A DNA stretch of 63,398 nt, counting the filler, from Octopus bimaculoides (Eukaryota), in NCBI RefSeq assembly GCF_001194135.2. It is 5 parts of 5 records of this genome, joined end to end, with 100 filler letters (N's around TTAATTAATTAA, not from the genome) between each part and the next. Parts side by side here need not be neighbours in the genome. Positions count along the whole stretch, not along the records: positions 1 to 11,996 come from NC_068986.1; positions 12,097 to 28,906 come from NC_068995.1; 3 more parts are not named here. One strand, given 5' to 3'. Positions 1 through 12,335 of the stretch are shown piece after piece (positions within the stretch are counted from its first letter, which is position 1; every line of letters starts with the position of its first letter). The notes below the pieces were generated by a model. That model searched no databases. It had not been told where the DNA came from and saw only the letters and a program-made list of their open reading frames with translations. The position numbers and the translations under genes are program-made.

Positions 1-950
1 GTGCCTAATGTAGAAAAGAAATATTAAGGCGTCGAGCTGGCAGAAACGTCAGCACGTCGGACGAAATACTTAGCGGTGTTCCGTTTATTTTATTTTCTGA
101 GTTCAAATTCCGCCGATTTCGACTTTGCATGTTATCCTTTTGGATTCGAAAAATTACGTACCTGTTGCGTACTGTGATCGATCTAATCTACTGGCTCCCT
201 CCCTCAAAATTTCAGCCCTTGTGCCTAAAGTAGAAAAGAAATTTTAAGGCTGCGTGCTGGCAGAAAAGTTAGCACGCCGGGCGAAATGCTTAGCGGTATT
301 TCCTCTGACTTTACGTTCTGAGTTCAAATTCCTCCGAGGTCGACTTTGCCCATCATCCTTTCTAGGTCGATAAATTAAGTACATGTTGCGTACTGGGGTC
401 GATCTAATTGACTAGCCCTCTCCCAATAAAATTTCGGTCCTTGTGCTTAAAGAATAATATATCGGAATATTATAATAAGTGTAGAGATCTTCATGGGTAT
501 TATCAAGGGTGTCCTTAATTAAACAACGCATATATAATACCCTGTAGAAGTATATTATACTTGCTTAAGACCCCGAGCCGGCGGGCAAAATGCTTAGCGG
601 GATTTCGTCCCTCTTTACGTTCTGAGTTCAAATTCCAGTTCAAATTTGCTTTTGATTTTCTTAGGGTCGATAAAATAGGAACCAGTTGAACACTGACATC
701 CATGTTATCGACTTTCCCCACTCGACTCCAAAGTGCTGGTGAGCTCGTTGAATCGTTAGAACGTCGGGCAAAATGCTTGCCGACATTTTGTCCGTCTTTA
801 CGATCTGAGTTCGAATTCTGCCGAGGTCGATTTTGCCTGTAGTCATTTCGGGATCGATAAAATAAGTACCAGATGAGCATGAAGTTGATATAATTGACTT
901 AGCTTCTTCCTCGAAATTGTTTGCCTTGGACAAAATTTTGAAACTGATAG
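1..950 (+). mobile_element. Head-to-tail array of SINE family A (tail 1-25; units ~26-245, 246-460, 567-735, 738-950)
   Basis: Each unit repeats AAGGC..GAGCTGGCAGAA.CGTTAGCACG.CGG..GAAAT.CTTAGCGG (A-box-like), CTGAGTTCAAATTCC (B-box-like), GACTTTGC..TCATCCTT..GGGTCGATAAA..AGTAC and a tail GTGCCTAA.GTAGAAAAGAAT. The central segment resembles the Nin/Deu SINE domain (recalled, unchecked). Confidence 0.85.
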
Positions 951-3900
951 TTTATTTGCTTCATTTTGTTAAATTATTTTCCTGACTATTCCGTCGATTA
1001 GGAAAATCCACACGAACAGTGTAACACGCAGCAACGAATACCCTAATTTCATGATGAGCATAAAAAACATATTACCAAAATATATTAGGTAATATATCAT
1101 TCTTCTATTTTAAAATCCGAGAGGGGAAGAATATGAAGTCGACATTTCACGTCAACAAATGATACAAATTGAGTCATTTCTCGTTAGTTCTTCCTAAGAT
1201 GATAATCAATATTTGTGATTTGATAAGTGCAATGCAGGCCGTTTTGAAATTTTTTTAACAGAATGGGTTTGCAAGAGCCCAAACTGCCTTTGACTTCTTT
1301 AGTTTTATTTCCACCAAATGCTAAACCGTTGACCACATATCATGAGATTCTTCTACAAAAACACCATATCAGTTTTAGTAATATCAAACGAAAATTTAGA
1401 TACTTAATTTGAGAAACGGATATATTACAGTTATATATTTATAATATGTAATCAAACGTAGAATGGCTATAACCGTAACATTTTATCTCAGAGAATATTC
1501 TCAAACAGCGTGGCAAATTTTAATTAAATGGCGTCGATGAGAATGTCGGTAGAAGGAAAAAATCATTTCTTTAACCCCCGACATTCGGTTCGAAGACAAT
1601 AAATGCTTGATCTGATATAGAAAATCTGCAAATGTAGCACCTGATTGATTTGTGTGTGAACTGATCAGGCTAGAATAATATTAAATCAATATTAGCGACT
1701 CAGTCAACTACCTTAGATTGAAATACCGATTTGTATAACATTTATATGTAAACAAACGCGGAACTGTACAAGCTGTAGTATTGTCTCACATACAAAAATT
1801 TGAGTGAGACGTCAGAAAAACTCAACATCTTCTTCGACTTCGTCAACCCGTTGCATCATGATCTAGAGTAGAAACCACAATCACATCTCTTGTAAATTTG
1901 TCACATTTCCCAATCTCGCTCCGTACAGACTCTCTTTAATTCCACTTGTGTCTCACAGGCGCTTTTATTCCCACTCACCAATTTCCCTCCATCGTACATC
2001 CTCACATCATATCTACGATCTCATGCTCAAATTTTCCTCGACAGCAAACAAATATGTTTCCATGACTATGACTTTGAGATTTGAAATGTACTATCTTTCA
2101 TTTCACACGGCGGGACTTGCCCCAAAACGTTTCTTGACATCTCCTGCATCCATGCCCTTACGTCGGTCTGAATTTCTTCACACACCATAACCCAATGACC
2201 CAAGTTTCCTCTCTACACTCTGGCTATATTCATCTCGAGTAGACAACATACCTCACATCCGTTTCGTGTATCAATGTTTCGTTACTTCCCACAAATTGTG
2301 AGAACCCTCCTTTGCGCTCTGCTACTACTCTTGTTTCTTAATCCCGGATACAACCATTCTAACATCGCTTAACAATAATCCTCATATGTAAACGACCGAT
2401 TCAAGTGTACGACCAATTATATTATCTATTAAACAAAAGGCCAACTCTTTAGTCAAGTGTTCAGAGGAGTCACTGGTCAGATTCGTGCTTCTCAGTGTAG
2501 AGAACATTGGTAACTTAAAGAGATATGGTTACAGCATATTTGAAGCGGTAAGTAAAATAAAATATAGTTGAAGGTTTAATAGCTCTAAGTATGATAGCAT
2601 AAATAATTAACTAAAATATGATTGTGCTGTATAGATATATTTATTAGAGACAATCATGGTACCGTACGGGGACTCTTTTTAATAAGGTTCAATATATATC
2701 GTTTCATTTGCTATGGAGTTTTGCTACATATATTACATGTTCCAAAGCAATATTGCACACATGTATCATCAGCTTGTGAAGCCTGCTACAAGAATTTATG
2801 AGAAATAAACTGCCATATATGACAGACTCACATTGAAACACCTACTTCATCAGATGTATAATTTACTGAATGTTATCACCAATGTACAAAGTAAGGTAAG
2901 CATTCATTATCCTATCCATTTGTTTTACAGAATGGACATAATCAATTTCCTGTACGTTTGCACACTCACAACAGTGGAATATGCGAGTTTTAATGAATGA
3001 TTATCATAACAAATAATAGAATTTATCAAGATGGAATATATAAGTAGAAAGTGTAAATAAAGTCTAGGAATATACTAAACGACATGAAAGAAGTAATATA
3101 CACTAGATAGCAGCAGACCAATACTGCAAGAGAAACTGAGAAAATATAACAAAATATTGAATGTAATGAATGTATAATATACAATTACGAATCGCTGTGA
3201 TAATAACATGAACGGAAACTTGTCTCAGTAAGATCAAGATATTGGCCTTCTGACTACAACCGTATCGTGTTTTTGCTAGTAATATATAAATCACATTCTG
3301 GGATTAATTTGCATTAATGATATCACAATAACTCCTTTCGAGAAACAATAGCTAAGGCCTGACCGACAGTTAAGTCGGTCCTTATTAGTAGTCCATGATT
3401 GATGATATCAATGAATAAAATAACAAAATTTATCGTTGATTACATATATATAAAAGGTTGAATTATGTATCATATGACTGATGTGTCATTAAAAAAAGTG
3501 AAGAAATTTCAGGTATTTACCAACTTAAATATAATTGGTTTAGATACACATAACTATTCGTGACAGAGGAAATGTGAAGATCCACATAGAATCAAGGCCC
3601 AATACGAATATATGAAAAATATTAGTAATTATTGTATTTCGGGACGGTCATTTTTTTTGCCAAATAAACACACGCACTATATATTTTTATCTTCACTCGT
3701 TTATTACTGTTCATATTTTATTCTTGTAACTCAGGTCCATTGTCCGGAAATCTTTCGTCACAAATCTGTGACCTCTTCAGCCAACACTTTCCGATTTTGG
3801 GTGTGTTCTTGCTCCACTTGCTCCATTCTGTTCTTCTATTAATTAAATAAGAACAGCAATAAACGAGTGAAGAACGAATATATAATGCGTGTGTTTATTT

Positions 3901-4065
3901 GCCCCCCCCCCCACACAAAAAAAATGGACATCCTGAAATACAACAATATCGGTTTCAAATTACGATTTCACATCAGGAATCTTGCGACACAAATCGATAA
4001 ACGTAATTAGTAATTAATTTTGTTTGTAGCATTACCATCTCAAAAAGAATTGACAGATTATTTAA

Positions 4066-4495
4066 AACTCTAGGCACGTTCCACAATTCATCAATATCGA
4101 TTGGAAATTTCGAGGGAGGAGATAAGTCGATGATTTCGACCGCAGTAATCAACTAGTACTTATGTTATCGGTCCCCAAAAGGATGGAAGGCAAAGTAGAC
4201 CCTGGCAAATTTTATGTTTATAACGTAACGTCGCAGGAAATGCCGCTAAACATTTTCTCCTATCCGACACGGAAGCTATTAATATTGGTCTCAAATGTTG
4301 GCACAAGGGCAGTACTTTGGTGGCGTTAGTCAATTTTATCCACCTTACTACTCATATGATCCTTATTTTATTAACCCTAAAAGTCTGATGGGTGAAGTCG
4401 ACCTCGGCGGAATTTGAACTCAGAAAGAATAGATGGACGCTATGTCACAAAGCGTTTTCCTGGCTTGCTAACGATTCTACCAGTTCAACGCCTTA
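4066..4495 (-). mobile_element. Two degraded tandem SINE A copies (~4066-4260, 4281-4495)
   Basis: Reverse-complement hallmarks GTCGACCTCGGCGGAATTTGAACTCAGAA and GCTAACGATTCTACCAGTTCAACGCCTT. Confidence 0.75.
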
Positions 4496-5159
4496 GACGT
4501 TATAAATATTATAACCTCGCAAAAAAGATTTACAACGTTGTTCCACGGCATTCCTTAAGCTCGACTGTTTCTCTCTATTTAAATATTTCATCTTGAATAT
4601 CGTCGTTATTGCTAACATTGGAGTCACGTGTTAATCTTGAATAATTTTATCCGTTTTATTATTCTGGAATGTTTTAGTGAACCCTGGTTAATCATTTTCC
4701 TTTCAATACATGTCTGCATTTTTTCCGAGATGTAACTAAGCATACTCCAACAAAAGCCCGAAGAGTGAAAGGCAAATTTGACTTGATCTGGAACTGAACT
4801 CACAATCGCAGGATGATTTGTCTGATTCTACACCGTTTATATCAAATTAATAATAATTTCTCACATTAGTACAGAGCCACTCCTTTGAGGGAGTCTATTA
4901 CATTGATAATTGTCGACCAAATTAGAATTCTCATCTAGAATTGGTCACAGGGACATTAAGAGACACAAATAAAAGTAAACACCACAGTGGTTTCATCCAA
5001 AGTTCTAACGATTCGCTCACGTATCGCAATTAATTATAATAGTAATTGTTCCGCATTTAGGCATATTGAGGGCGCTTTTCAGCGAAGGGGATTAGTCAAT
5101 ATCACCTTACCCAGTAATTGACTGATAATATACTTCATAGACATTGCAAAGATGAAACG

Positions 5160-5160
5160 C

Positions 5161-5214
<54 letters not shown>

Positions 5215-5312
5215 GACGATGACGATGACGATGATGACCACGACGACGACCACCACCACGACCACGATGACGATTATGATGCTGATGATGATGATGGTGA
5301 TGATGATAATTT
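5160..5312. repeat. Compound microsatellite (AAT)n-(GAC/GAT/CAC)n
   Basis: Direct reading. Confidence 0.95.
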
Positions 5313-5884
5313 CCTTGATGCAGTAACAGGCAGTGGCTCTCGTGGCATTTGATCTTAACTGATTGCAAGTGTCATAAAGTACTTGTTTTGCCTTGGTATA
5401 AAAGATGGGCTACAGCAAATATTCTACACAATATCACATATTTGCATGCCCTGAGTTACTTCACCCTAAGCAGTTGGGCATGTCCCTTAGTGGTTGACGA
5501 TGTGTGCATCACTGATTACGTGAAGAACTAGTGGGGAAGAATCATGGTCATGTATCGAGAGGAATTCGTTGGGGTTTGAATACTTCACCTCTGGAAACAT
5601 GGGTGTATCGTTTAGCATCCTTAATGAGCCCTTATTCGGGGACCTTTTGAGCGGGTTGGGCTACTCGATTTGAGGAAAATTCTAACTGGGCCTCATCTGC
5701 TGTTTATATTGAGACGATATCACAATATCACGGACATATGTTTATAATGTATGAGTCTTGTAAACCTTTGTCAGGGGAGTAGTCGTGATGGGTATATTAG
5801 GTTTGGTATTTTTTTTTAACCCCAGTGTCACTTTCATAGCATACTCTGTTCTCTGAATCAATAATAATAATAATACTAATAATA

Positions 5885-5885
<1 letters not shown>
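5313..5885 (+). mobile_element. Family F ~550 bp non-coding interspersed element ending in (AAT)n
   Basis: Reverse complement of 31482-31954 and 31981-32442 (shared TGATCTTAACTGATTG, GGGCTACAGCAAATATTC, GGACCTTTTGAGCGGG, CCCCAGTGTCAC). Confidence 0.85.
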
Positions 5886-5940
<55 letters not shown>

Positions 5941-5942
<2 letters not shown>

Positions 5943-6097
5943 AATTTTTGGAGGAGGAGGCCAATAGATTAGATCGAATCCAGAACGCAACTCTATTTAT
6001 CGACCCCGAAAGGATAAAAAGCAAAGTCGACCTAGGTGGAATTTGAACTCAGGACTTAGTGGCACACGAAATACCACTAAGCATTTCGCTCGGCCTT
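5941..6097 (-). mobile_element. SINE A, partial
   Basis: TTTATCGACCCCGAAAGGAT..AAAGTCGACCT.GG.GGAATTTGAACTCAG..CTAAGCATTTCGC. Confidence 0.8.
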
Positions 6098-6112
6098 GAT
6101 TGGATAATAATG

Positions 6113-6237
6113 AGAAGGAGGAGAAGAAGAAGAAGAAGAAGAAGAAGAAGAAGAAGAAGAAGAAGAAGAAGAAGAAGAAGAAGAAGAAGAAGAAGAAGAA
6201 GAAGAAGAAGAAGAAGAAGAAGAAGAAGAAGAAGAAG
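6113..6237. repeat. (GAA)n microsatellite
   Basis: Long, nearly pure GAA run; source of the poly-R/K/L ORFs. Confidence 0.95.
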
Positions 6238-9200
6238 ATCGACGATGACGATGATTGTGATGGTGCTGGTGATGATGATTAGGCGGATGAAATCATTAAA
6301 GCAATAAATTCTTCGTTTCTGCCAGATAATCATGATAATCCGTTCCTTTTCTTAACTGGACAACAACGTACCAGCCTAACAGTAACGATAGACTCTGTCA
6401 AACCAACAAATGAAGAAGGCATATGATTATTAAGCGCGGAAAATATAATTAGCACTGCGATATTGTGGTTCGAAATTACCTTATGTGATGCGAGAAAAGT
6501 ATACTATTAGCAGCTATAGATATTCAAATACTCACTGAATCACTTGAAGTCTTCGAGAACAAAAGTAAAACCACAAGAGCTAGCAGGTAGCAAGGAATGC
6601 AGTCGCAAGACTAATTCAGGCAACAACCTGAAGTAAAGAACACAACAATATCAACAACAGTGTCTTTAGTTAGTGAAGACTTTGCAATTATAAAATAGAA
6701 ATTTAAATGAATCTAAAGCGATAAACGAAATGCTGATAAAGGTAAAAATATATCATTTAAAAATCAACGAGACAAAGGTAAACTCCCAATTAGGGCTCCA
6801 GTGTGTGATGATTATTTTCTAGGCTTATTGTGAGAATTCCACACTAAGCCTTGAACAAATTTGTCATGTGCAATATCTGAAAACTTCTTTTTCCGTTTCT
6901 TATTGCTGTTAGTAAAGGTGTGGTATGGGCATGGTAGCATCAATGTCCTTACTAACCAATCTCGATCAATTGCCTTTAAAGACACTAGAAGCCAGGAAAC
7001 GAATCTCCCTTTCATCTCCGTCATCAAAACATATCCAAAGATGATTTTGGGAGCTTAGCGAAAGAGAATGAGGCCACGAGTCTAATTTTCAGGTGAAATC
7101 TCCATAAATCTTCGTTGGCATAGACACAAGAAAATGGCAATGTCTAGTCAATTTTCGCTACAGATAAGCATATTCGTAAATCATGGAACGGCATTTGTTC
7201 AAAACAAACTCATAAATATGCAATGTACGAGCTCTGAAGTATAGAGAATGGTTTCATTGTACTGTTTATATCGCTGGTATCTTCGGCTTTTGGCTCTACC
7301 CTGCATTTCAAATTTATTTGAATGGAAGCTTTATACTTCTCGCATGCAGTTATATATTTAAATATTCTAACAATTCATATATTAAATAATCTTTAAAATT
7401 ATAACTATATATATATATATATATATATATNNNNNNNNNNNNNNNNNNNNNNNNNNNNNNNNNNNNNNNNNNNNNNNNNNNNNNNNNNNNNNNNNNNNNN
7501 NNNNNNNNNNNNNNNNNNNNNNNNNNNNNNNNNNNNNNNNNNNNNNNNNNNNNNNNNNNNNNNNNNNNNNNNNNNNNNNNNNNNNNNNNNNNNNNNNNNN
7601 NNNNNNNNNNNNNNNNNNNNNNNNNNNNNNNNNNNNNNNNNNNNNNNNNNNNNNNNNNNNNNNNNNNNNNNNNNNNNNNNNNNNNNNNNNNNNNNNNNNN
7701 NNNNNNNNNNNNNNNNNNNNNNNNNNNNNNNNNNNNNNNNNNNNNNNNNNNNNNNNNNNNNNNNNNNNNNNNNNNNNNNNNNNNNNNNNNNNNNNNNNNN
7801 NNNNNNNNNNNNNNNNNNNNNNNNNNNNNNNNNNNNNNNNNNNNNNNNNNNNNNNNNNNNNNNNNNNNNNNNNNNNNNNNNNNNNNNNNNNNNNNNNNNN
7901 NNNNNNNNNNNNNNNNNNNNNNNNNNNNNNNNNNNNNNNNNNNNNNNNNNNNNNNNNNNNNNNNNNNNNNNNNNNNNNNNNNNNNNNNNNNNNNNNNNNN
8001 NNNNNNNNNNNNNNNNNNNNNNNNNNNNNNNNNNNNNNNNNNNNNNNNNNNNNNNNNNNNNNNNNNNNNNNNNNNNNNNNNNNNNNNNNNNNNNNNNNNN
8101 NNNNNNNNNNNNNNNNNNNNNNNNNNNNNNNNNNNNNNNNNNNNNNNNNNNNNNNNNNNNNNNNNNNNNNNNNNNNNNNNNNNNNNNNNNNNNNNNNNNN
8201 NNNNNNNNNNNNNNNNNNNNNNNATTTTGGTATCTAACTGATTGCATTTTATGATGTAAATAACATTGCATGGACGTTTGTGCAAATGTTTACATAAGTG
8301 TTTACAAGAAAAGCAGCGTTTAAGAAAACTCTGTAGACTTGTGCTGGCTCATGTTAACATTATTTTGCATATATGCCTACAAATATTCTTTTTTAAAATT
8401 TGAATAATTACATAATTTTAAGAATTCAATTGAAATTCATAACAGAATATATAAACCTATTAATTTTTAAATATTGAAAATTCAGAATTATACTAAAGCA
8501 CACACATACTACTAAATATCATAAATAAATATCTGCAGTATTAAACACACGACTGAAAATGTTGTTTACTATCCACATTTGAACTAATATGTTTTAGTTC
8601 GTATTTTGTTGATGCTTCACTTCTGTATTTGAAATATGTAATTATCGTGTTAAATTAAGTTATAATGTGAAATATATATATATAATAAAAGAAGACGTCA
8701 ATCTCTAGAGTTTCTTCATGTGTAATAGAAAATTCATTTAAAAAAGATGTGGAATAAATATAATGGAAAATACAATGCAGGCCGAAAACTATTGATATAT
8801 GCACAGAAATACTTAGAATCTTACAGACATGCGTATGAACACATACATGAACACAAACGTATGTATATACACGTCAAAGCAAATCTCCTTAGCATATGTA
8901 TAGATCTGTCAGCGTTTGTTTGGTCATATTGATGTATATTCATATATATATANNNNNNNNNNNNNNNNNNNNNNNNNNNNNNNNNNNNNNNNNNNNNNNN
9001 NNNNNNNNNNNNNNNNNNNNNNNNNNNNNNNNNNNNNNNNNNNNNNNNNNNNNNNNNNNNNNNNNNNNNNNNNNNNNNNNNNNNNNNNNNNNNNNNNNNN
9101 NNNNNNNNNNNNNNNNNNNNNNNNNNNNNNNNNNNNNNNNNNNNNNNNNNNNNNNNNNNNNNNNNNNNNNNNNNNNNNNNNNNNNNNNNNNNNNNNNNNN

Positions 9201-9316
9201 NNNNNNNNNNNNNNNNNNNNNNNNNNNNNNNNNNNNNNNNNNNNNNNNNNNNNNNNNNNNNNNNNNNNNNNNNNNNNNNNNNNNNNNNNNNNNNNNNNNN
9301 NNNNNNNNNNNNNNNN

Positions 9317-9566
9317 TTATTCTTTGTAAGCCTAGTACTTATTCTATCGGTCTCTTTTGCCGAGCCGCTAAGTGACGGGGACATAAACAGACCAGCATCG
9401 GTTGTCAAGCAATGCTATGGGGACAAACGCAAACACACAAACATACAGACACACACACATATATGCATATATACGACGGGCTTCTTTCAGTTTCCGTCTA
9501 CCAAATCCACTCACAAGGCATAGGTCGGCCCGAGGCTATAGTTGAAGACAGTTGCCCTAGATGCCA
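9317..9566 (-). mobile_element. SINE family B, partial (runs into gap)
   Basis: TTATTCTTTGTAAGCCTAGTAC..CGACGGGCTTCTTTCAGTTTCCGTCTACCAAATCCACTCACAAGG matches 44351-44765. Confidence 0.85.
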
Positions 9567-9599
9567 GTTGTTAGGTAGGCTGGGGTGGGGAGCAGGTCA

Positions 9600-9990
9600 T
9601 ATATTATTATAGTAGGCATGGAGCAGTGGCGAGCTAGGAGAGGACCCGATATAAATTAAGGATAAAGAAATAATTTAGCAAGCAAAAGTAAGGGGGGAAG
9701 AGAACTAAATGCATGCAAGTCGATTAGGCATCGGCTCGGCGTTTAGGATTCGCTAGCTAAGGCTAAATGACAAAGCGGGGAGGATGGAAATACGCAGAAT
9801 TTAGGGGTATTTTGTAAATATTGGTTGAAATTTGGGGGAGGGTACGAAGGCAATGGAAAACCAAAATTTAGCATTGATGGAATTTTAATGATAATCGTGA
9901 ATAAATTATGTGGTGCAGTGACAAAATGTAGGATGTTGTTTTAGATACGAAAATGCATACGCGTTAGTGGAGACTAATTGAAATATTAGG
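9600..9990 (-). pseudogene. Possible highly decayed Penelope-like RT thumb relic
   Basis: Minus-strand peptide NIYKIPLNSAYFHP loosely resembles the PLE motif VYRKPT..YL...S.HP; no other motif recovered. Confidence 0.25.
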
Positions 9991-10363
9991 ACATGTTAGC
10001 CCTAATAGTAATAGATAGTAATAGAATACTATAGTAACCTGATAGTAATAGAATACTATATATCATTAAGGAATATAAAAGAAAGAGGGGGTTATATAAT
10101 AACTTATACCTAGTAAGGGTTATTTGCCCGATTCATTTAAGTAATGAAGGGGAAAATAACAACATGGCTGTCCAAAATCAAGATCTTTAGCGAGACACCG
10201 CTTTATATATGAATGTACCTGATGTGATCCAAACTGCAAGGTTGATGCAACATAGTATAATGAACAGCATCGCACTCATGAAGGACAGTTGCAGGATGGA
10301 TCGAAACGATCGTCGTGCAAAATAATTATACCAATTCCATCTTCTGTTTACTTGATTGATTAT

Positions 10364-10403
<40 letters not shown>

Positions 10404-11952
10404 AAGAAGAGTCGGTTATTTGGTCATTTAGTTCTACTTCAATTGTTTCATTAAGGGTTATTATTTGGATATAGACATGAAAGTTAGGTATGTAGTATGC
10501 ACACCCTCCATGATTCCCAGTTCATCAGGCTTAGAAGATCAACAAGCGAAGAACGACACGCAGATGAAGCAATAGCTTGTCAACAAGTGAAATTTCGAAT
10601 CAGTATAACCAAGATTTAAGTAATACAAATTGATAGGACAACAATCTGTCAGTCACGGGAATAAATAGTAGAAGAAGGTTGTAAATTATAGAATAGTTAA
10701 ATGACATGACAATTCTAAACGTCATTTGACTTAGCTACGTCGCCCATAAAAACTGATGGGCGCAAATCAAGCTTATATACCAGCGGATAGCAGGTACCGG
10801 AAATGACATTTAACCCTATCAAACTGTATTGAAATCGTTGCTGATGTTTTAAATAGACGTGTACTGTGTTTTGTTTGATAAGTACATCAAAGGAGCGATA
10901 TTGTTAATAAATTCCATCGCTATTTATTTATTCATTTAATTTCTGTTGATTAAAGGGCTTCGATTAATTATTGCAGAACTAAAAGAATATTAAATTTAAT
11001 TAAGGTAGATCCAGCTAATCACTATTCAGGGACAATAATTTAAAGAAATGAAACGCAGAGAATAGGGATGGCCACAGTGAAGCTTGGGAGAAGAGGGGAC
11101 GAAAAGGAGACGAAAGAAAACGAAGAAGAAAATAATTAATATATAGAGATAGTCATAATTACAGTGTTAGACATCATAAACTATACTTAATTAAATACAC
11201 ACAGAATAGGTTAAATCTAATAAAGGAAGTGGACAACACAGGTGACGGACATTTAATCATTAATTCATCCGATGTATTAATATCACCGTGCATTTTAATT
11301 GGAGCACTTTAATTAAGATGAATTACATATATGGTTAAGTAACGCTTGGATTTATTAACCATTCCAACCCTTTGATGTATTAAACAATATAAGCACGAGA
11401 AATTTTCTTTTTTGTTTTTGTTTTTTGAGAACAACTTCAGCAAAGATCTTCAGGTTTGAGATAGATGGTAAAATGCCATTTTTTGTCACCGATTATTTGC
11501 TCGTATATAAGTATGTTTTGCTTATACCAGCTTTTATGAGTGATATAGCTACCTTTATACCATTCTGCCCACAACCGTTAGTCTCAGTCACTTCACATTT
11601 CTTAAATGTTGGTAATTCTGATTTGAAATTTCACTTGTAGATGAACTGTTGATTCATCAGATTGTCATTAATATCCTGTATATTTGGTTGCTCTTATGAG
11701 TTCGGAGTTACGTAACATATTACATATCCTGCATACTACCTACCTGAGTCTACCATGTTTTTTTCTCAATAAAGAGTCACAATACAATAACTCTAGCTAT
11801 ACCTGATAATCCATTTATCTGTTTCATTGTTTTTTCAGCCACATTTAATGCTCCATTCAGCGTTGGTTACGACTGCATCTGCGATTAATAATCGACAGTC
11901 AACGTCGTTTCATCGATGCATTCCATGCTATGATAAGGCATCCCCTTTAATC

Positions 11953-11996
<44 letters not shown>

Positions 11997-12096
11997 NNNN
12001 NNNNNNNNNNNNNNNNNNNNNNNNNNNNNNNNNNNNNNNNTTAATTAATTAANNNNNNNNNNNNNNNNNNNNNNNNNNNNNNNNNNNNNNNNNNNN
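11997..12096. other. Assembly join marker N44-TTAATTAATTAA-N44
   Basis: Identical 100-bp construct at 28907-29006, 48683-48782 and 59915-60014; the 12-mer gives stops in all six frames. Confidence 0.95.
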
Positions 12097-12129
12097 AGTT
12101 ATACAGCTCAAAAATCAGAAGTTTTAAGA

Positions 12130-12335
12130 GAATTTCCATAGTTTAGGTATATAGCGCTGGAATTGTTTCAGGGAGATCATACTCATCCAGAATGGACGGA
12201 AATCAGCTTCGATAGTACGGTCATATCGGACGAAAAGCAGATGATCAGTTGCCCAAATAATTCTATTTATGTCTGCATGAAAGAAAACACGCGGCGAGGA
12301 TGAAGGAAACGGTACAAAGACATAGTTAAAGGAAT
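12130..12335 (+). pseudogene. RTE-clade LINE C-terminal relic
   Basis: NQLR*YGHIGRKADDQLPK...RKRYKDI matches the RTE motif QLRW.GH..RM.D.RLPK...KR(Y/W)KD. Confidence 0.55.

Noticed and set aside
1930-2370. Pyrimidine-rich, higher-GC stretch resembling an old LINE
   Set aside because: No RT or endonuclease motif could be read in any frame.
2453-2547. Candidate exon KCSEESLVRFVLLSVENIGNLKRYGYSIFEA ending at GCG|GTAAGT
   Set aside because: Weak acceptor, no recognisable homology, and no phase-compatible partner exon identified.
6326-6426. Candidate exon NHDNPFLFLTGQQRTSLTVTIDSVKPTNEEGI* after a pyrimidine-rich CAG
   Set aside because: No homology recognised; such signals are common by chance.
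7350-8285. Long ORFs containing X runs (also 8821-9408, 19828-21808, 22684-23313, 25920-26660 etc.)
   Set aside because: They are open only because N-gaps and dinucleotide repeats contain no stops.
10900-11350. Cluster of TAAT/ATTA homeodomain-like sites
   Set aside because: Expected at this AT content; no conservation data available.
11997-12096. TTAATTAATTAA 12-mer recurring four times
   Set aside because: Always centred in exactly 44+44 N; an artificial six-frame-stop join marker, not biology.
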